DNA of 63,418 nucleotides, counting the filler, from Choristocarpus tenellus KU-1152 (taxonomy: Eukaryota > Protista > Phaeophyceae), in the NCBI GenBank assembly GCA_964200185.2. It is 13 parts of 13 records of this genome, joined end to end, with 100 filler letters (N's around TTAATTAATTAA, not from the genome) between each part and the next. Parts side by side here need not be neighbours in the genome. Positions count along the whole stretch, not along the records: positions 34,426 to 41,490 come from CAXNAD020006760.1; positions 41,591 to 44,478 come from CAXNAD020023906.1; positions 44,579 to 51,622 come from CAXNAD020006798.1; positions 51,723 to 54,670 come from CAXNAD020023448.1; positions 54,771 to 59,112 come from CAXNAD020015017.1; 8 more parts are not named here. One strand, 5' to 3'. The notes beneath the pieces are model-generated. The model made no database searches and was not told the DNA's origin. It saw only the letters and a program-made list of their open reading frames with translations. The position numbers and the translations under genes are program-made. This document shows, in pieces, positions 39,062 to 58,551 of the stretch (positions are counted from its first letter, which is position 1; each line of letters begins with the position of its first letter).

Positions 39062-40089
39062 GTAGGTTACTTTCTTCTAAGTTGCAGACTCTATGGAGAG
39101 GGAAAAAATGATGTTATACTGAATTCAATAGAGTAAAAGTAGTAATAACAGTGATAGTAAGAACAGTAATCTATTTGTCAGATAGAAGTGTCACAGGAGT
39201 ACACTGCTTTTTGTTCTTTATTTGTTTAAACCCTTACAACAGCGAACCTTTACCCCCCAAAATGCTTGTTGATGCTGCTATGCTAGATAGACTGAGGGTC
39301 AGGTGTGGGATAGATCGTTTTTGGTATCAGTTGGACATGGAATGGACCGGGATTAGATCGGGGCTGAGCTGGATTGGATGGGGTTGTGACACGAAATTTA
39401 GTTGGGTAGTTTTTGTGAGGGTTTTTACACCACCTTGGAGGAGATTGCTTATGTGTGTTTCCTCATGCAAGGAGGAAAAGTTTAAATAATTCATACATAC
39501 ACTACATACATGCATACATACATACACACACATACATACATACATACATCATACATACAAACATGAGGACACACTCACACACGCTGCTTTGTAGCTATGT
39601 ACTTCAAGTACCCGTACTTGGTACCTTCATGTTATGTATGTACTTCAGAGCTGTAATACATACCTGCACTTGGTCCTCATATTTGGTACTAACATATAGT
39701 ACTTACACCTTGTCGTATCAACTCTATTTTTGAAAGCTAGGTGGCTACAATTATAATTTGACAGTTACAACGGCAGCAGTACGCCATCACAATGATCTGT
39801 TAATTTTGTAACAGAAAAGCGAATGGAATTATGTTTTCTTGTTATTATTATTGCAGTTGAAAGGTCCTGCGCTGTACTAGTAATAATGTCGTTTTTTCTA
39901 TTCAACTCTTAATGTTGCACCTTTGACAGTAGTCCTAAAATGAAGTATTTGATGTTTAAATCGTTTATTCAGACGGTGAATATCCCACTCACCGCCTGAA
40001 TTTAATCAGCACTCTTCAAGTTAATAGTGTGAATAGTACTAATAATATTGACTCTTACATAGCACATTTTTTATTTTCTACTTTTGTTC

Positions 40090-41080
40090 TTATCGGTTGG
40101 AATCCATTCCCCCAATAAGAACCCCCAAAAGGATCCTCACAACCTTGTTCCAGTCCGTCCACCCATCCATCCATCCATCCACCTGTCTGCACATTACCAG
40201 TACTTTCAAGATGGTTTCACGTATGGAGCGAAAGTATCTTAGAGGGTTACGACCTTTGCCCTGTTTGTCCATTTGGGGCTTGGCTTCCCACGGGTTTTTA
40301 ATGACATTTTACCTACGCCGAAATGTTTCAGAGTAGGTAAAAGGTATACCCTATGGAAAAGGTGTGTTCGGAACAAGGATATTGACACTTCCTAACAAAC
40401 ACGATAGCCAAAATTACATCAAAAATCGTAACAGTGGATTTTGACCCCAAACGGACACGGTTTTGCCCTCTAAAGATACTTTGACTCATGTACCATATAG
40501 AACCAAGCAATTCCTGCCCCTACAAACCCACCGATGCTATAGAGCCGTTTTCCCTCTTTCTGAGTTGTTTCAAGCTTGAGTCAGTCCTATTTTGTACCCT
40601 CTATGAGGTACACCTCACTTGTAGTTCTACTTCGCCTCATTACCGGTACCGGCTCTCTTCCAACTGCGTAGGCTCACCTGTACGCTCGCACGTACTCTTC
40701 AAAAAAAAAAAATCCTCAAAAATGAAGAAAAACTTCCCAGTCCCCGGCTCTATAGAGCTAGCTGCCTGTTCATGTCTCACTTACGTACCACATGATACCA
40801 ACCAATTCCTGTGCACCATCCATCTTCTGTCTGTCTGTATGTGAAAGCACTGGCTCTATAGAACTGCATCTTCTCTTCTTGTTTTGTCCAAAGGAGAGTC
40901 CTATCTTATATACAGTATATATATAGTTCTTTTGCTGGACAGATCACCTTGACTTCAACATTAAGCTCCCTAGTGTACAAAGACTGAAGGAGCCGTGCCA
41001 CGCTCCCTCCTCTGCTCCCCCTCCCCCTCCCCCTCCCCTCCTGTCCAACGCGCAACCCCCTAAGGGGTACAGACCGTCTC
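40090..41080. repeat. Dispersed repeat family (homologous to 51830-53660), interrupted by a MITE A
   Basis: Shared segments include ACCAAGCAATTCCT, TTGAGTC, TAGGCTCAC and TTCAACAT(T)AAGCTCCCT...CTCCCTCCTCT. Confidence 0.7.
40226..40487 (+). mobile_element. MITE family A, complete copy
   Basis: GAGCGAAAGTATCTTAGAGGG...CCCTCTAAAGATACTTTGACTC; flanked by ATG/ATG. Confidence 0.92.
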
Positions 41081-41590
41081 TCCAGATAGGGCCCTTTTTA
41101 TTATGACTTTACGCTGGACCAGGGGTTTGCTGGTCAGGCACTATAGGCCACTGTTCGACCTGCAGCTCAATCCCGTCACATTTTATGAATGCCCAGCCCA
41201 GTCCCGTCAATAGACACATTACCCAGGCTGTCCTGCGGACGGGTGTGCTGTCGGGTTTTTTGCCCCTGCCTGGCCCCTATAAATCCCATTTTGTCCAGGC
41301 CAGCCCTATGAAGAATAATATATTTATATTATATATATTATTTATATTTTGTTGTTGCGCGACTCGGGTTGATTTCTGATTAATTTTGTTGATCATACCG
41401 ATAATAGTAGTAAATGCAGTACGGTAGGTTACCCGATTTTGTTCACCCATGGGCATGCCCGAAAAAAAGCGGAACAAAATTGATGTGGTANNNNNNNNNN
41501 NNNNNNNNNNNNNNNNNNNNNNNNNNNNNNNNNNTTAATTAATTAANNNNNNNNNNNNNNNNNNNNNNNNNNNNNNNNNNNNNNNNNNNN

Positions 41591-41739
41591 TTTTGGAGTA
41601 GGTAAAATATATATGTTACGAAAAGGTGCGTCCGGAACAAGGATACTGACACTTCCTAACAATCACCATAGCCAAAATTACATCAAAATCTCAACATTGG
41701 ATTTTGAACCCAAATGGTCGCGGCCCTACCCTCTAAGAT
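41591..41739 (+). mobile_element. MITE family A, right part at contig start, TIR truncated
   Basis: Collinear with the right half of A; ends CCCTCTAAGAT. Confidence 0.88.
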
Positions 41740-41754
41740 TCTAACAGATGGCAG

Positions 41755-43982
41755 ATGTGGTGGGTTTCTCAGTCTTTAGTGTGGATGGGAATTTCCGTAG
41801 TTCACAACTTCTTTGCCTCCTGTCATGGGAAAACCTTGTCTGATAGAGTCAGGGCCGTGGTGAAGTTTGCTGCCAGGAGACTGGAACTACACGGGGTGCG
41901 CATGCCAGGAACCTCATCCCTAGTGGATACAATCAACGCAATCAAGACTCAATACACCTTGATGGATCCGACACCAGAGGAAGAGTGGTGCTACCACAAA
42001 GGTCATAAGGTTCCTCCCGGACAGACAATCATCACAAAGGTAGGCACACTCCACATGACGACCCCCTCACACACTCACAAAGTTCGGCCTCTGCTTGCCA
42101 CTGGCGACAACCACAACACGTATGCCTCTTGCCCACCTATGCAACAAACACACAATATGTACCATTCAAACTTGTATCACATCCGTCACTCCCTTCACGC
42201 CGACATGATGCGCAGTGTAAAGATAACACATACGCACTTATCAAGTGACTGCACAGTTAGTCTGTACACACTTACAACTATCGACGCCTATTTTGTACAA
42301 GTCTGCCAATCGGTAAACTTGCGCAAAACTCCAATTTCTTGTTTTCTTTCCTCTATCAACGTCGACCATATACCCATCGCTTGTTGCAGGAATATATACC
42401 ACATATACTACATGCATGATTCTCCCCACCCACAATAATTTGATCCCTGCTTGCCACTTGCATCAGTCTGCACCCTCCTGCCCCTTGATTATCCATACAC
42501 TAAACACGCAATAGATATCTTGGACCCATTATGTCACATCCGCGCCTTCCCTTCATGTCGACACCACGAATCACATGATAGTCGCATGTACGCATTTATT
42601 AATCAACCGCACACTCTCCGTGCACACTTGCAATAATCGCCCTCGATTTAGATTAAGTCTGCAAATCGGTAAACTAACACAAAACTCCAAGTTATTGCTT
42701 CCTTTCACGTAACAACATCGGCCATGTATCCATCACTTGCTGCAGGAATAGATACCACATGTACCACGTGTATGATTTTCCTCATTCACAATAGTTAATT
42801 CCTGTTTGCAAATCGCGACAGTCTGCACCCTCCCGCCCCTTGCTAATCCATACACTACAAAAGCCAATAGATTTCGTTTACCCATTATGTCACATTCGTA
42901 CCTTTCCTTCATGCCGACACCACGAATAACATCATAATCGCACATACACACTTCTTAATCGACCACACAAAGTCCGTGCACACTTGCAACCATCGCACTC
43001 TATTTTTCAGAAGTCTACCAATCGGCAAACTAACACAAAACTCCAAGTAATGGTTTTTATCATACACTGCCATCTGTCCTTACCAAACACTTGTTACAGG
43101 AATAGGTAGCACATATCACTCCAAAGAAAATGCCATCACATCGAATCGGTCACAACACACTGCCTCAGTGCCGACACTGACTCCAACACTTACCACCTCT
43201 TCCCTTATACGCACAATGACCACAACCATTAGGATTGGACCGACAGGGACGGCAGACAGCACAGTAACAGGTATAAGAAACTTCTATGCCCCGACACATT
43301 CCGCACACAGGAGTTATTCCACCTTCCGTCTTACAAGATCGACCATGCGGGACGACATGACTCACGTGCCCCAAACCTTAGTAGAATCAAGTCCATACAT
43401 AGGTTCTTCGCTGGTCGGCTTACCACCGGAGACTCCCGTACATTGATATACACCGAACTGTCGTGCTACTGCACGAACTGTTCCATTGGCAACCTGGCCC
43501 AATGCAAGTGGCAACTAACCCACGTGCCCCCACTTAAGAAGATAGACCTCGGATTTTCCACGGAAGCGGGAACGGGTTATATGTATCTGCAAAGTCAGCT
43601 GTCGAGGAAGAAGAGACAGCTCGCCGAGGGGAACATATGCATTGTGCGGACGCAGCCATCAGAGTACAATGGTATAGAGTTCTTGCCGTTCACTGTCCAC
43701 CGCAAGGAGACGATTCAATGGAATGCTATACACCACTCCAGCTACGGAGGGATGTTCAGTGACGGAGATGAGGTTGTCTTTGTCACTGAAGCCTTCGAGA
43801 TGCTGAGTGCTAGCTTTGTTGATGGAGTGCCAACTATTCACATGTCACGGACGGATAAGGTGAGGGACGTTCTTATTGATTCGAAGAGAACAATGCCCCA
43901 CACGAATGAATCCACGCTGTCCATGTACAGATGTCACATATCCCATTATATCCCCTCTAACCCACATAAATTCCTCCCATAA
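41755..43982 (+). pseudogene. Sola2-like DDD transposase, C-terminal portion, apparently intron-containing and frameshifted
   Basis: VHNFFASCHGKTLSDRVRAVVKFAA resembles the Sola2 FFxxSHGKxxxDGxGxxVK motif. A GT donor is at 42040. QTL-[fs]-RIKSIHRFF (~43375-43410) resembles TxxGTxxxHxF. It is followed by ELSCYCTNC...C. The family call rests on recalled motifs, not a search. Confidence 0.6.
42170..43120. repeat. ~356-bp diverged tandem repeat (~2.7 copies)
   Basis: Anchor AAGTCT.C.AATCGG.AAACT at ~42299, ~42655 and ~43011. Confidence 0.85.
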
Positions 43983-44342
43983 CGTCCAATCCTGACGTCC
44001 AAACCAGTGCAATTTTGTTCTCTCAATCTGCAACCGCCACTGACACCTTTCACATTATAATTTTCAAGTTACGTAGGGCAAATAATCGCATCCCATTCAT
44101 TCATTCCGCTGCCTAAGTGTATCCTCTGTAATATGTGTTCTCAAAAAGATCAACAAATAACACCCCTATACAACCAAGCAAGGCCATCTAGCGCAAACAC
44201 ATGCCAGTAGTCCTACACATCAACACAGCTCCTGCAACGAACATCTTTGTGGTGATGCAAGATGCACAACCGAGTCCCCGCATCGTGCCCCTTCAGGCTA
44301 TCATCATCCCAGACTTCACAGACATCGACCACAACCATCTGG

Positions 44343-44478
44343 GAGTGAAAGTATCTTAGAGGGTACACGAGTTTTGCCCTGTTTGTCCATTTAGGGTTTG
44401 GCTTCCCATGAGTTCTTTTATGACATTTTCATACTCCAAATTGTTTCAGAGTAGGTAAAATGTATACGTTATGAAAAG
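44343..44478 (+). mobile_element. MITE family A, left part at contig end
   Basis: GAGTGAAAGTATCTTAGAGGGTA... Confidence 0.9.
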
Positions 44479-44647
44479 NNNNNNNNNNNNNNNNNNNNNN
44501 NNNNNNNNNNNNNNNNNNNNNNTTAATTAATTAANNNNNNNNNNNNNNNNNNNNNNNNNNNNNNNNNNNNNNNNNNNNTTTTTTTTTTTAAAGAAACATA
44601 GAAGGGAAAAAAAAAGGGGGGGGGGGGGGGTGGTAGGGGGGGGCCCG

Positions 44648-44687
<40 letters not shown>

Positions 44688-45372
44688 CAGCTACAGCTTT
44701 TCAGTTAATCTTACACTATACATGCGCAGGGCCACTAATCTCACTCTGAAGGCTTAAGAGAGTGGGGAAATATAGTATTTTCAACTATCGATGTGATATG
44801 TAGATTACTAGATTACTCTTCTTTTGCCATACATTGTATCATAGCCCCCTCAACCGATTGCGATAATTGATCATGAACACTTAATGGAAATATGCGGGGC
44901 TCTCAAAGACATACACTTATCTGAGGTTAAGGAACAGTACAAAACTTACTCCATATGGGATGGAGCACAAGACTTACTCCAGGACATGATGAAGGGTGTG
45001 CTGCAAAACATTACGTACTTCTAGCTCTTACCCCTGCCCGCCCTTACCTTATCAACGCATGCACTTGAACTTACATGTACATCCCAAGAGCGTTTTCAGG
45101 GTGTGTGTGGGGGTTTAACTCTCTGTATTGAGGCAAAAAGCTAAAAACAAATAAATGAAATAAATCATCTATGCTAAAAAACATGCGGCACATAAATTAC
45201 ATATAAAAACAGTCCCGAAATTCAGAATAATTTGACAGAATCAGATCGCCCTGCAGATGACAGTAAAAAGGTATTAAGTTCCAGTTGAGAAGAGGGATCA
45301 GACAGACATATCCAGGTGTGTGATGAACGAACCTGGTTCAGCATTCAGTCATTCTCGAAAAACAAAACTAAC

Positions 45373-51608
<6,236 letters not shown>

Positions 51609-51829
51609 CTGCCTTGATGACCNNNNNNNNNNNNNNNNNNNNNNNNNNNNNNNNNNNNNNNNNNNNTTAATTAATTAANNNNNNNNNNNNNNNNNNNNNN
51701 NNNNNNNNNNNNNNNNNNNNNNCGAAACCTTTCCAAAAAAAGGTCATAAAAGGGGCCCTTCCAAGTGCAAAAACAGTTGCATACTGTACCAAAATAGCCA
51801 CCATCAGAGGTTCTACGCCCTACACTACT

Positions 51830-52574
51830 TCTCATTCCCCAAAAGGGGTTCATTACAATATTTTTTTACCCCTCTCATGTATGTACCTTGTAAGACCAAG
51901 AAATTCCTGTCTGTCCATCTCTCCGTCTATCTGTCTATCTGCATGTTACCAGTACTGACTCTCTCACGTACACACCGTGTAAAACCAAGTACTTCAGGGT
52001 AGGTTTTCTAGTACGGGCTATCTCTCTCTCTCATGATGTACAATGTAAAACCAAGCGATTCCTGTCGGTCCATCCGTTGCATGTGTCTGTACAATACCAG
52101 TAACGGCTCTCATCCTTGCACGTAGGCTCGTCCACATGCTTGGTCACACAACTTCCTAAAAAAAGTTGAAATTTTTTACCAGCACTGGCTCTTTGGGTTC
52201 ATCTCAAGTGCATACTGTATAAAACTAAGTAAATCCTGCCCTTGCAAACATACCAAATCTATTACATCATTTCCCTCTCTATAGAAAGATAATTTTTTCG
52301 TCCTCTTTCCAAGTGATTGAAGTTTGAGTCCTATTTATTATACATGTCTTCACTCTACACCTCACCATACTACTTCGCCTTGTTACCAGTACCAATTCTA
52401 CCTCGTCGTGCATAGGCTCACTTATTCACTTGCGCATACTTGTTTCAAAATCATTAATCCTGAAGATACAGTAAAAATATTTACCACTACTGGCTCCCTG
52501 TAGCAGGTGCCTTTTCATCTGTCACACACGCACGGTATGAAACCAAGCAATTCCTTTGTATCCATCAATCGGCA

Positions 52575-52613
<39 letters not shown>

Positions 52614-53660
52614 TTGTCTGCCTGTCTGTATGTGCCAGCATCGGATCTATCTATAAAGGCGTTTTTTCTCTTTGCAAGTTGCTTGGAGTTTGAGTCCTAT
52701 ACGGAGCCAAACCAATCGAGAGGTAGGCACGAGCCATACCATTTTGCAGGGAGTGGCGGGTGTCGGTTCGGGACCATTATTCAATGTTGTGGTTTTCATG
52801 TCACCAAATCTGGAACAAAAACGAAAGGTGGGCTTCAAAATAGACAATTCTTGTATACTTGACCAAATCCGGAACAAAGTAGAATAAAAAAAGGACTTCA
52901 AAAAGTCGTGTTTCGCCACGATATTTTAGGCCCCGAACAGACAGGGGCAAAACCCTTGTCTGTTTAAATGGTAGTCCTCGCAGGTTTGGAACCTTTTGCA
53001 CTCTAAGTTATATTTCTTACTCTGTGCAACGCACCCTATGTCATTGCTTTGTATGTACCATAGAGTGCATGTAAAATAATATTCCCACTTTCCACAAACA
53101 ATGTGACACCACAACCCAGCTAAGCCTCTTACTGCAATTGTACAAAATGACATTTTTTTACCCTTTCACAGGATCCCTAAAATGCAACCCTCCCCATCTC
53201 TCTGTTGGTTTTACTCACTACTGCTACAATTACTACTAAAGCGAAAAAATTAATCTAGAAATGGGCAGGTCACTAGTAGCGTGATTAACTGCGTTTCTAC
53301 TCTGTCAGGTATAAAACAAGAGCGATTGCAAACCAAAACCTCCTCTGCTTTCAAGATGTCCCTTCAAGCCTCCTTCCTCTGGCAGAGGATAACGAGAAAT
53401 AGATGAGATGACCCTCGCCTTGTCATGGAAGCAATGTGTACGGAGTGAGGGGGTGAGGTAGGATATACTACTAGTAGGTAGGATATACTACTGTATCAGA
53501 TAACTGCATAGAACAATAGTTCTTATGTCGGTCAAATTTCGACGGAACACCTTCACTTCTTCAACATAAGCTCCCTCGCACACAAAGCCGCAAGGAGTTG
53601 CACTATACTCCCTCCTCTCCTCCCCTGTCTGAAGCATAACCTTTGAGGGGTCCAGCCCCC
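51830..53660. repeat. Dispersed repeat with internal sub-repeats (homologous to 40090-41080)
   Basis: Recurrent (A)AACCAAG..A(A)TTCCT...TGTCTGT...TACCAGTA modules at ~51893, 52048, 52221 and 52540; (TGTC)n microsatellite at ~52574-52628. Confidence 0.65.
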
Positions 53661-53983
53661 CTCAGAGATGCCTAGTTATTTAATATTTATAGTGTGTACC
53701 AGGCTGCTGGAAAACTGCAAAACCGAGCGATTCATCCGTCAGAATGTCTGCGTGTCGCCCATGCTTCCTATCAGTACCGGCTCTAGTCCTCGATCGTTTC
53801 CTATCGTTCACTCGTGCCAATGACTCTAATTTCTTCATTGGAACTACAACTTTTTGCTTACTAACTTTACTGTTGTTATTGCTGTTGATGTTGCGAAGCA
53901 CAGGGCAGTTAGTCAACAACGTTCTTCTTCTCTGGACACAAATATCTAGACCACCTTTCTCCAATTACATGCTACTACTACTG

Positions 53984-54020
<37 letters not shown>

Positions 54021-54770
54021 ATAATACTACAGTCATTACTGACGGCTTGACGTCTACTGCTCATTCCAACCAAAGACAAGAAGTAACAAGTAACTGGCTC
54101 AGTACCTCCGTTTGTTCTATTCGATACCTGGCGCTGAGCATCTCACAACCTGCGAACGATCGAGTTCCTGCTACTCTTTCTCTGCTCTCTATGACTCTCT
54201 GCATCATATGGCCCCCGTACAACTTCCTTCCATAGTCATCGCACATTACGATTGCCACACAAGAAAAGCGACCTCACTATCTTATTACACACAACAAACA
54301 ACGAGGCGCACCAGATGCAGATAATGTAAGGAGTGAACACCTCGAAACACACCACACATTCTTCGTAACACGAACTAATCGTTACAGATGATAAAAAAAA
54401 AAAAACATATTGTATAATATTATATGTGCATTTGTTTTGTGAGATAAATGACATGTATTTTTTGAGACAAACGAACGGAGAGGTACGCAGGGTTAAACAA
54501 CCGATCACCAAAATTGAGGATGGAGCATTTAATGGAGGATGAGTTTGACCCAAAATGGTGCATGGAAAGTGCCCATATGTTTTTTTTTGTAAATGTTGCG
54601 GCACTTTTGAAGGGCCCCGCTACGAATGGGAATCCATCCCAAAGGTGGTAGTAGGACAGTGTGTGGCGGGNNNNNNNNNNNNNNNNNNNNNNNNNNNNNN
54701 NNNNNNNNNNNNNNTTAATTAATTAANNNNNNNNNNNNNNNNNNNNNNNNNNNNNNNNNNNNNNNNNNNN

Positions 54771-55068
54771 GGGTCAATTTTTTCATGTCGTGAATTTTGG
54801 GTGATTTGGTTGCATACGTTGGATGGATAATGTAAGTGCCGCGTCCTTTCGGGGTCATAAATCCAATGTTGCGATTTTGACGTAATTATTGCTATCGTGG
54901 TTGTTAACAAGTGTCAATATCCTTGTTCCGAACACACATTTCATAGTGGTTTACATTTGAAGTAACTGTGTTCACACAGAAAATCGAAAATGACATAAAG
55001 AATCCGTTGGAAGCCAAGCCCGAACGGACAAACAAGGCAAACTCTTACCCTCTTAAATGCTTTGACTC
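54771..55068. mobile_element. Chimeric MITE: family C left arm plus inverted family A
   Basis: 54771-~54837 matches the C interior (...GGATGGATAATGTAAG). The remainder is the reverse complement of A through to its left TIR (TACCCTCTTAAATGCTTTGACTC). Confidence 0.8.
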
Positions 55069-57892
55069 TTATGTAATCCATGGTGGAAAGAAATGACTGA
55101 AAAATAACAATAACGTATACTTTCTACTTCCTACTTCCAATCTGTATAGCCCAAATGTTCAGAGAGTAAATGGTTAAGGGGAAGAGAAATAAATTAGTAA
55201 AACAAAAAAATCGGTATGGAGGATGAATAAAATTGATAGAGAGAACGTAGAGGAACTACATACACATACACACAGGGGGAAAATGACGAGAGTGTGTCAG
55301 GGAAAATAGGTAAAATCCTCAAGGCATTACAGTGTAGACATTTCACAACTCACTGGGGCATCCAGTTACCTACTACACCAGAAGCCAAATGCAACACACC
55401 TGGAGTACCACAGGAGGACAAAAAACCCGTCTATCAATGCTTTTCCAGGCGTGCCCCTATCCTACTTCAAGAAACATAGTTCATGATGGAAGCTCTCCTC
55501 TACCAAAGCTATAGCTGCCAGCGCACTTTGGTTCATTCTTAGTAGATAGGTATAGGACGGCATATCAGTATCGCCAGCCCTCTCCTAACTCGTCTACTCT
55601 ATGTGTCAACCTCTCTACCTACGCACACAACGTTGCTAAGTCCAGGGTTGTCTCCCTTGAAGTTTTCTGTAAATTATCTTTATGATGTCCTGCATACTAT
55701 GCAATGCACTGACGAGATTGACGCAAACAGGGAGCACACTTCATATGTGTTGTTTCTGCAACAAGAAGCTTCCATCACGGCTATTTTATGAGTGGTTTGT
55801 GTTCAGGGGGGCAATGTTGGGCCAGTGGAGGCGTTTGCTTGCCTTGAGCTGGGATCCACCATACGGTCAGTGTGCTTCCACATAAATCTCCCCTTGACTT
55901 AGCCTCCCGTCAGGGCAGCAGGGGGCATAGGGTCAGATGATTGTTTTTGATATTTGGTTGACTGCTTTCTGCCATCAACATGAACACTACATCACGACAT
56001 CCCAAACCGTTGTAAGTACAGCAGTAGGCAACAATGACCAGGTACAATGACCCACACAGAGAAACAACACTTGATTATGTATACGGGCCTCGATATATAT
56101 GCCAGTGCATAATCATTGTTTTTTTCTTGAGCAAATTGAAAAATCAGTGGGGAATCGCCACAATAGTCCAATGGTGAGAACAAAGGATAAAATAGGAGGA
56201 GGCAAAACCTAACCTTGTTTCACCTTGAAACTTCTGAGGATGCCCTTCCACTATCAGCGAACATTCAGTAGGGTCCGGGTTGACACCTTCTTAAACAAAC
56301 ACCTCACTTCAGAGCTCTACAGTTTTAACGTAGTTCAGGTCGTCCAGAGAACAGTGGAGGTTGCCCAGAGTCTTCTTACGTGAACATGGAGTTGGTCAGG
56401 ATCTCATATCCATATGTAAGCCATCATGGAACGGTACATACATTTGCAGCTTTGTTCCACACGTCCTGCCTGCGTTTCATCTTCTTCTTATGGCCAAGAT
56501 CTTCATGTGAAGCCAGTGGCTTGCTATTCATATAAGATTGTCGGAAAAATAATCAGGGATGCTGATGACTGAGAAGCTAGTGGCATCCCAAAGAAGGACT
56601 TGCCTGGTCCTAGTCTCATTAGTGTCATCTTTTTCCTCAGTCTCTTCTGCTTCTTGTTCGGAGGCGTGCAAGAAGGAACATTCAGTTGTTCTAGAACATC
56701 CCTTTGTCTGATTGTCAGACATCTCCCTTGGTGGGAGCTGTGCTAACCAAATGTATGTTAGTGTACAATGCATTGGCGATTCTGTCTCCCTTTTCTCTTC
56801 CAAAACATGAGGGGTCTGTGCTTCCTCGATCCTCAAAGGCTTCCCTTCTTACGTCGTTCGCCTTACACAGAAGAGAGTAATCAGGCGGCAATGCCTTCGA
56901 CGACTTCCGTCCATCAGCTCCTCTTTCTGCACTAGTTTGGGGGAAGGCTTGCATACAAAGGACTGAGATGTGTTTCTCGCAATTCCAGGCGGAACGTAAG
57001 TGGGAATTGAGTTTTCCTAAACTTGAGTGTAATTTCAACCCAGTGGCCACTACAGATGAAGCAGCCGCCGACCCTGGAGATCGGTGGTCCAGCAGCCATC
57101 ACCTGTGCATTCCATACAGCCATTCCGAAACAAAATATGAAAGGGTGGATTTATAGCATCGTCATGTATATTGATGTCTACGCCAAAGCTAACAGAACTG
57201 CCTAGGACAGTTCTGTTAGTGTGCGGACATGCATATTGCTTGCTATCGCTAGACGTCAAGCTGGATACTTCAAAGTATGATCATGCTCCCTCTCCTTTCA
57301 ATTCTACCTCTCTGGTGGATGTGAACCTCAGGCGCCCTACGCTGCTGCCCCATCGAGGAGGAGATTGGTCAGTCCAGCTGCACACATTTGGGAGGGGGTA
57401 ATGACATTATCTCTGGTTTGACAGAAAATGCTGGAACACCACCTAAGTTATGTTTTTATTTTTATGCCCTCTGACATTTGGAGATGTGTCAGGGAAAAAG
57501 CTAATGAGAACTGTTCACATGTCTGAAAAAGACCTACAGAAGCAACAGTTGTCAAAAAGGTGAAAAATATTTTGCGGAAGAATTTCTTTGCGTAGATCGA
57601 TAGCTTAGATCAAGAGCTTTCATTCAATATGCCGATCGTCGATTAAATCGTTGGGAAACCTTTTCAAAAAAATCAAGATTGCTATCCGCCAAACGGTACT
57701 TGAGCGGACCTCGGCTTAATACTGTTTAAGCCACTGACAGGAGGAAGGACACTGTGAGGCCCAATGAACTCCAAGTTGTCACCTGACGACGATGACGTTG
57801 TGGTGGGGTCATTCTCTGATGGATTTGAGTTTGTTTGGTGACGCTAGGAGGCCAAGGGCAAGGGATACCGGCTGAGGATTTCCGTTCGTCTA

Positions 57893-58551
57893 CAAGGCGA
57901 GAAGGGGGAGTATGTTGGACAGGTTAAGGGGATGAGACAGATTTTGCAAGATAGAGATTTGTTTATCGGAGGGATGACCAAGGACGGGTGCAAGGACAGG
58001 AATAAGAGCATGAGTATGGCGTACGTTCTTGGGGAGCAGCCGGATTTCAAGGTGGTAGAACCAAGTCTTAAGATTCTGGTTGAGCGTCTTGGAGGACACT
58101 GCTTGATGCCTCCAAAGTACCACCGTGAATTGAACCCGATAGAGATAGTCTGGGGCGGGCGAAGCACTATGTACGAGGCCATTGTGACTACACATTGCCT
58201 GGAATGAGAGGCAACATTCCTGTCAGTGAGTAAAAGTATCTTAGAGGGTATAAGTTTTGCCCTGTTTGTCCGTATGGGGCTTGGCTTCCCACGGGTTGTT
58301 CATGACATTTTTCTACTCCGAAATGTTTTGGAGTAGGTAAAATGTATACTTTTAATAAAGGTGTGTCTGGAACAAGGATATTGACACTTCCTAACAAACG
58401 TGATAGCCAAAATTACATCAAAATCGCAACATTGGATGTTGCCCCCCAAATGGACGTAGCTCTACCCTCTAAGATACTTTGATTCAGTCTTAAGGAGGAA
58501 GCGGGGCTGTCCAGAGTAATTGTGGAGAGATTTTTCAGGACGAATGAGTAT
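57893..58551 (+). pseudogene. IS630/Tc1-mariner-superfamily DDE transposase fragment, frameshifted and interrupted by a MITE
   Basis: KGMRQILQDR...QPDF...GHCLMPPKYHRELNPIEIVWG-[fs]-AKHYVRGHCDYTLPGMRGNIPVS|MITE|LKEEAGLSRVIVERFF. The PKxHxELNPIExxW motif is characteristic of this group. Confidence 0.75.
58228..58485 (+). mobile_element. MITE family A, complete copy
   Basis: GAGTAAAAGTATCTTAGAGGGTA...TACCCTCTAAGATACTTTGATTC; flanked by AGT/AGT. Confidence 0.92.

Noticed and set aside
53500-53660. Candidate minus-strand exon (EERREYSATPCGFVCEG...)
   Set aside because: The segment is homologous to the repeat at ~40900-41080, where the frame is not preserved.
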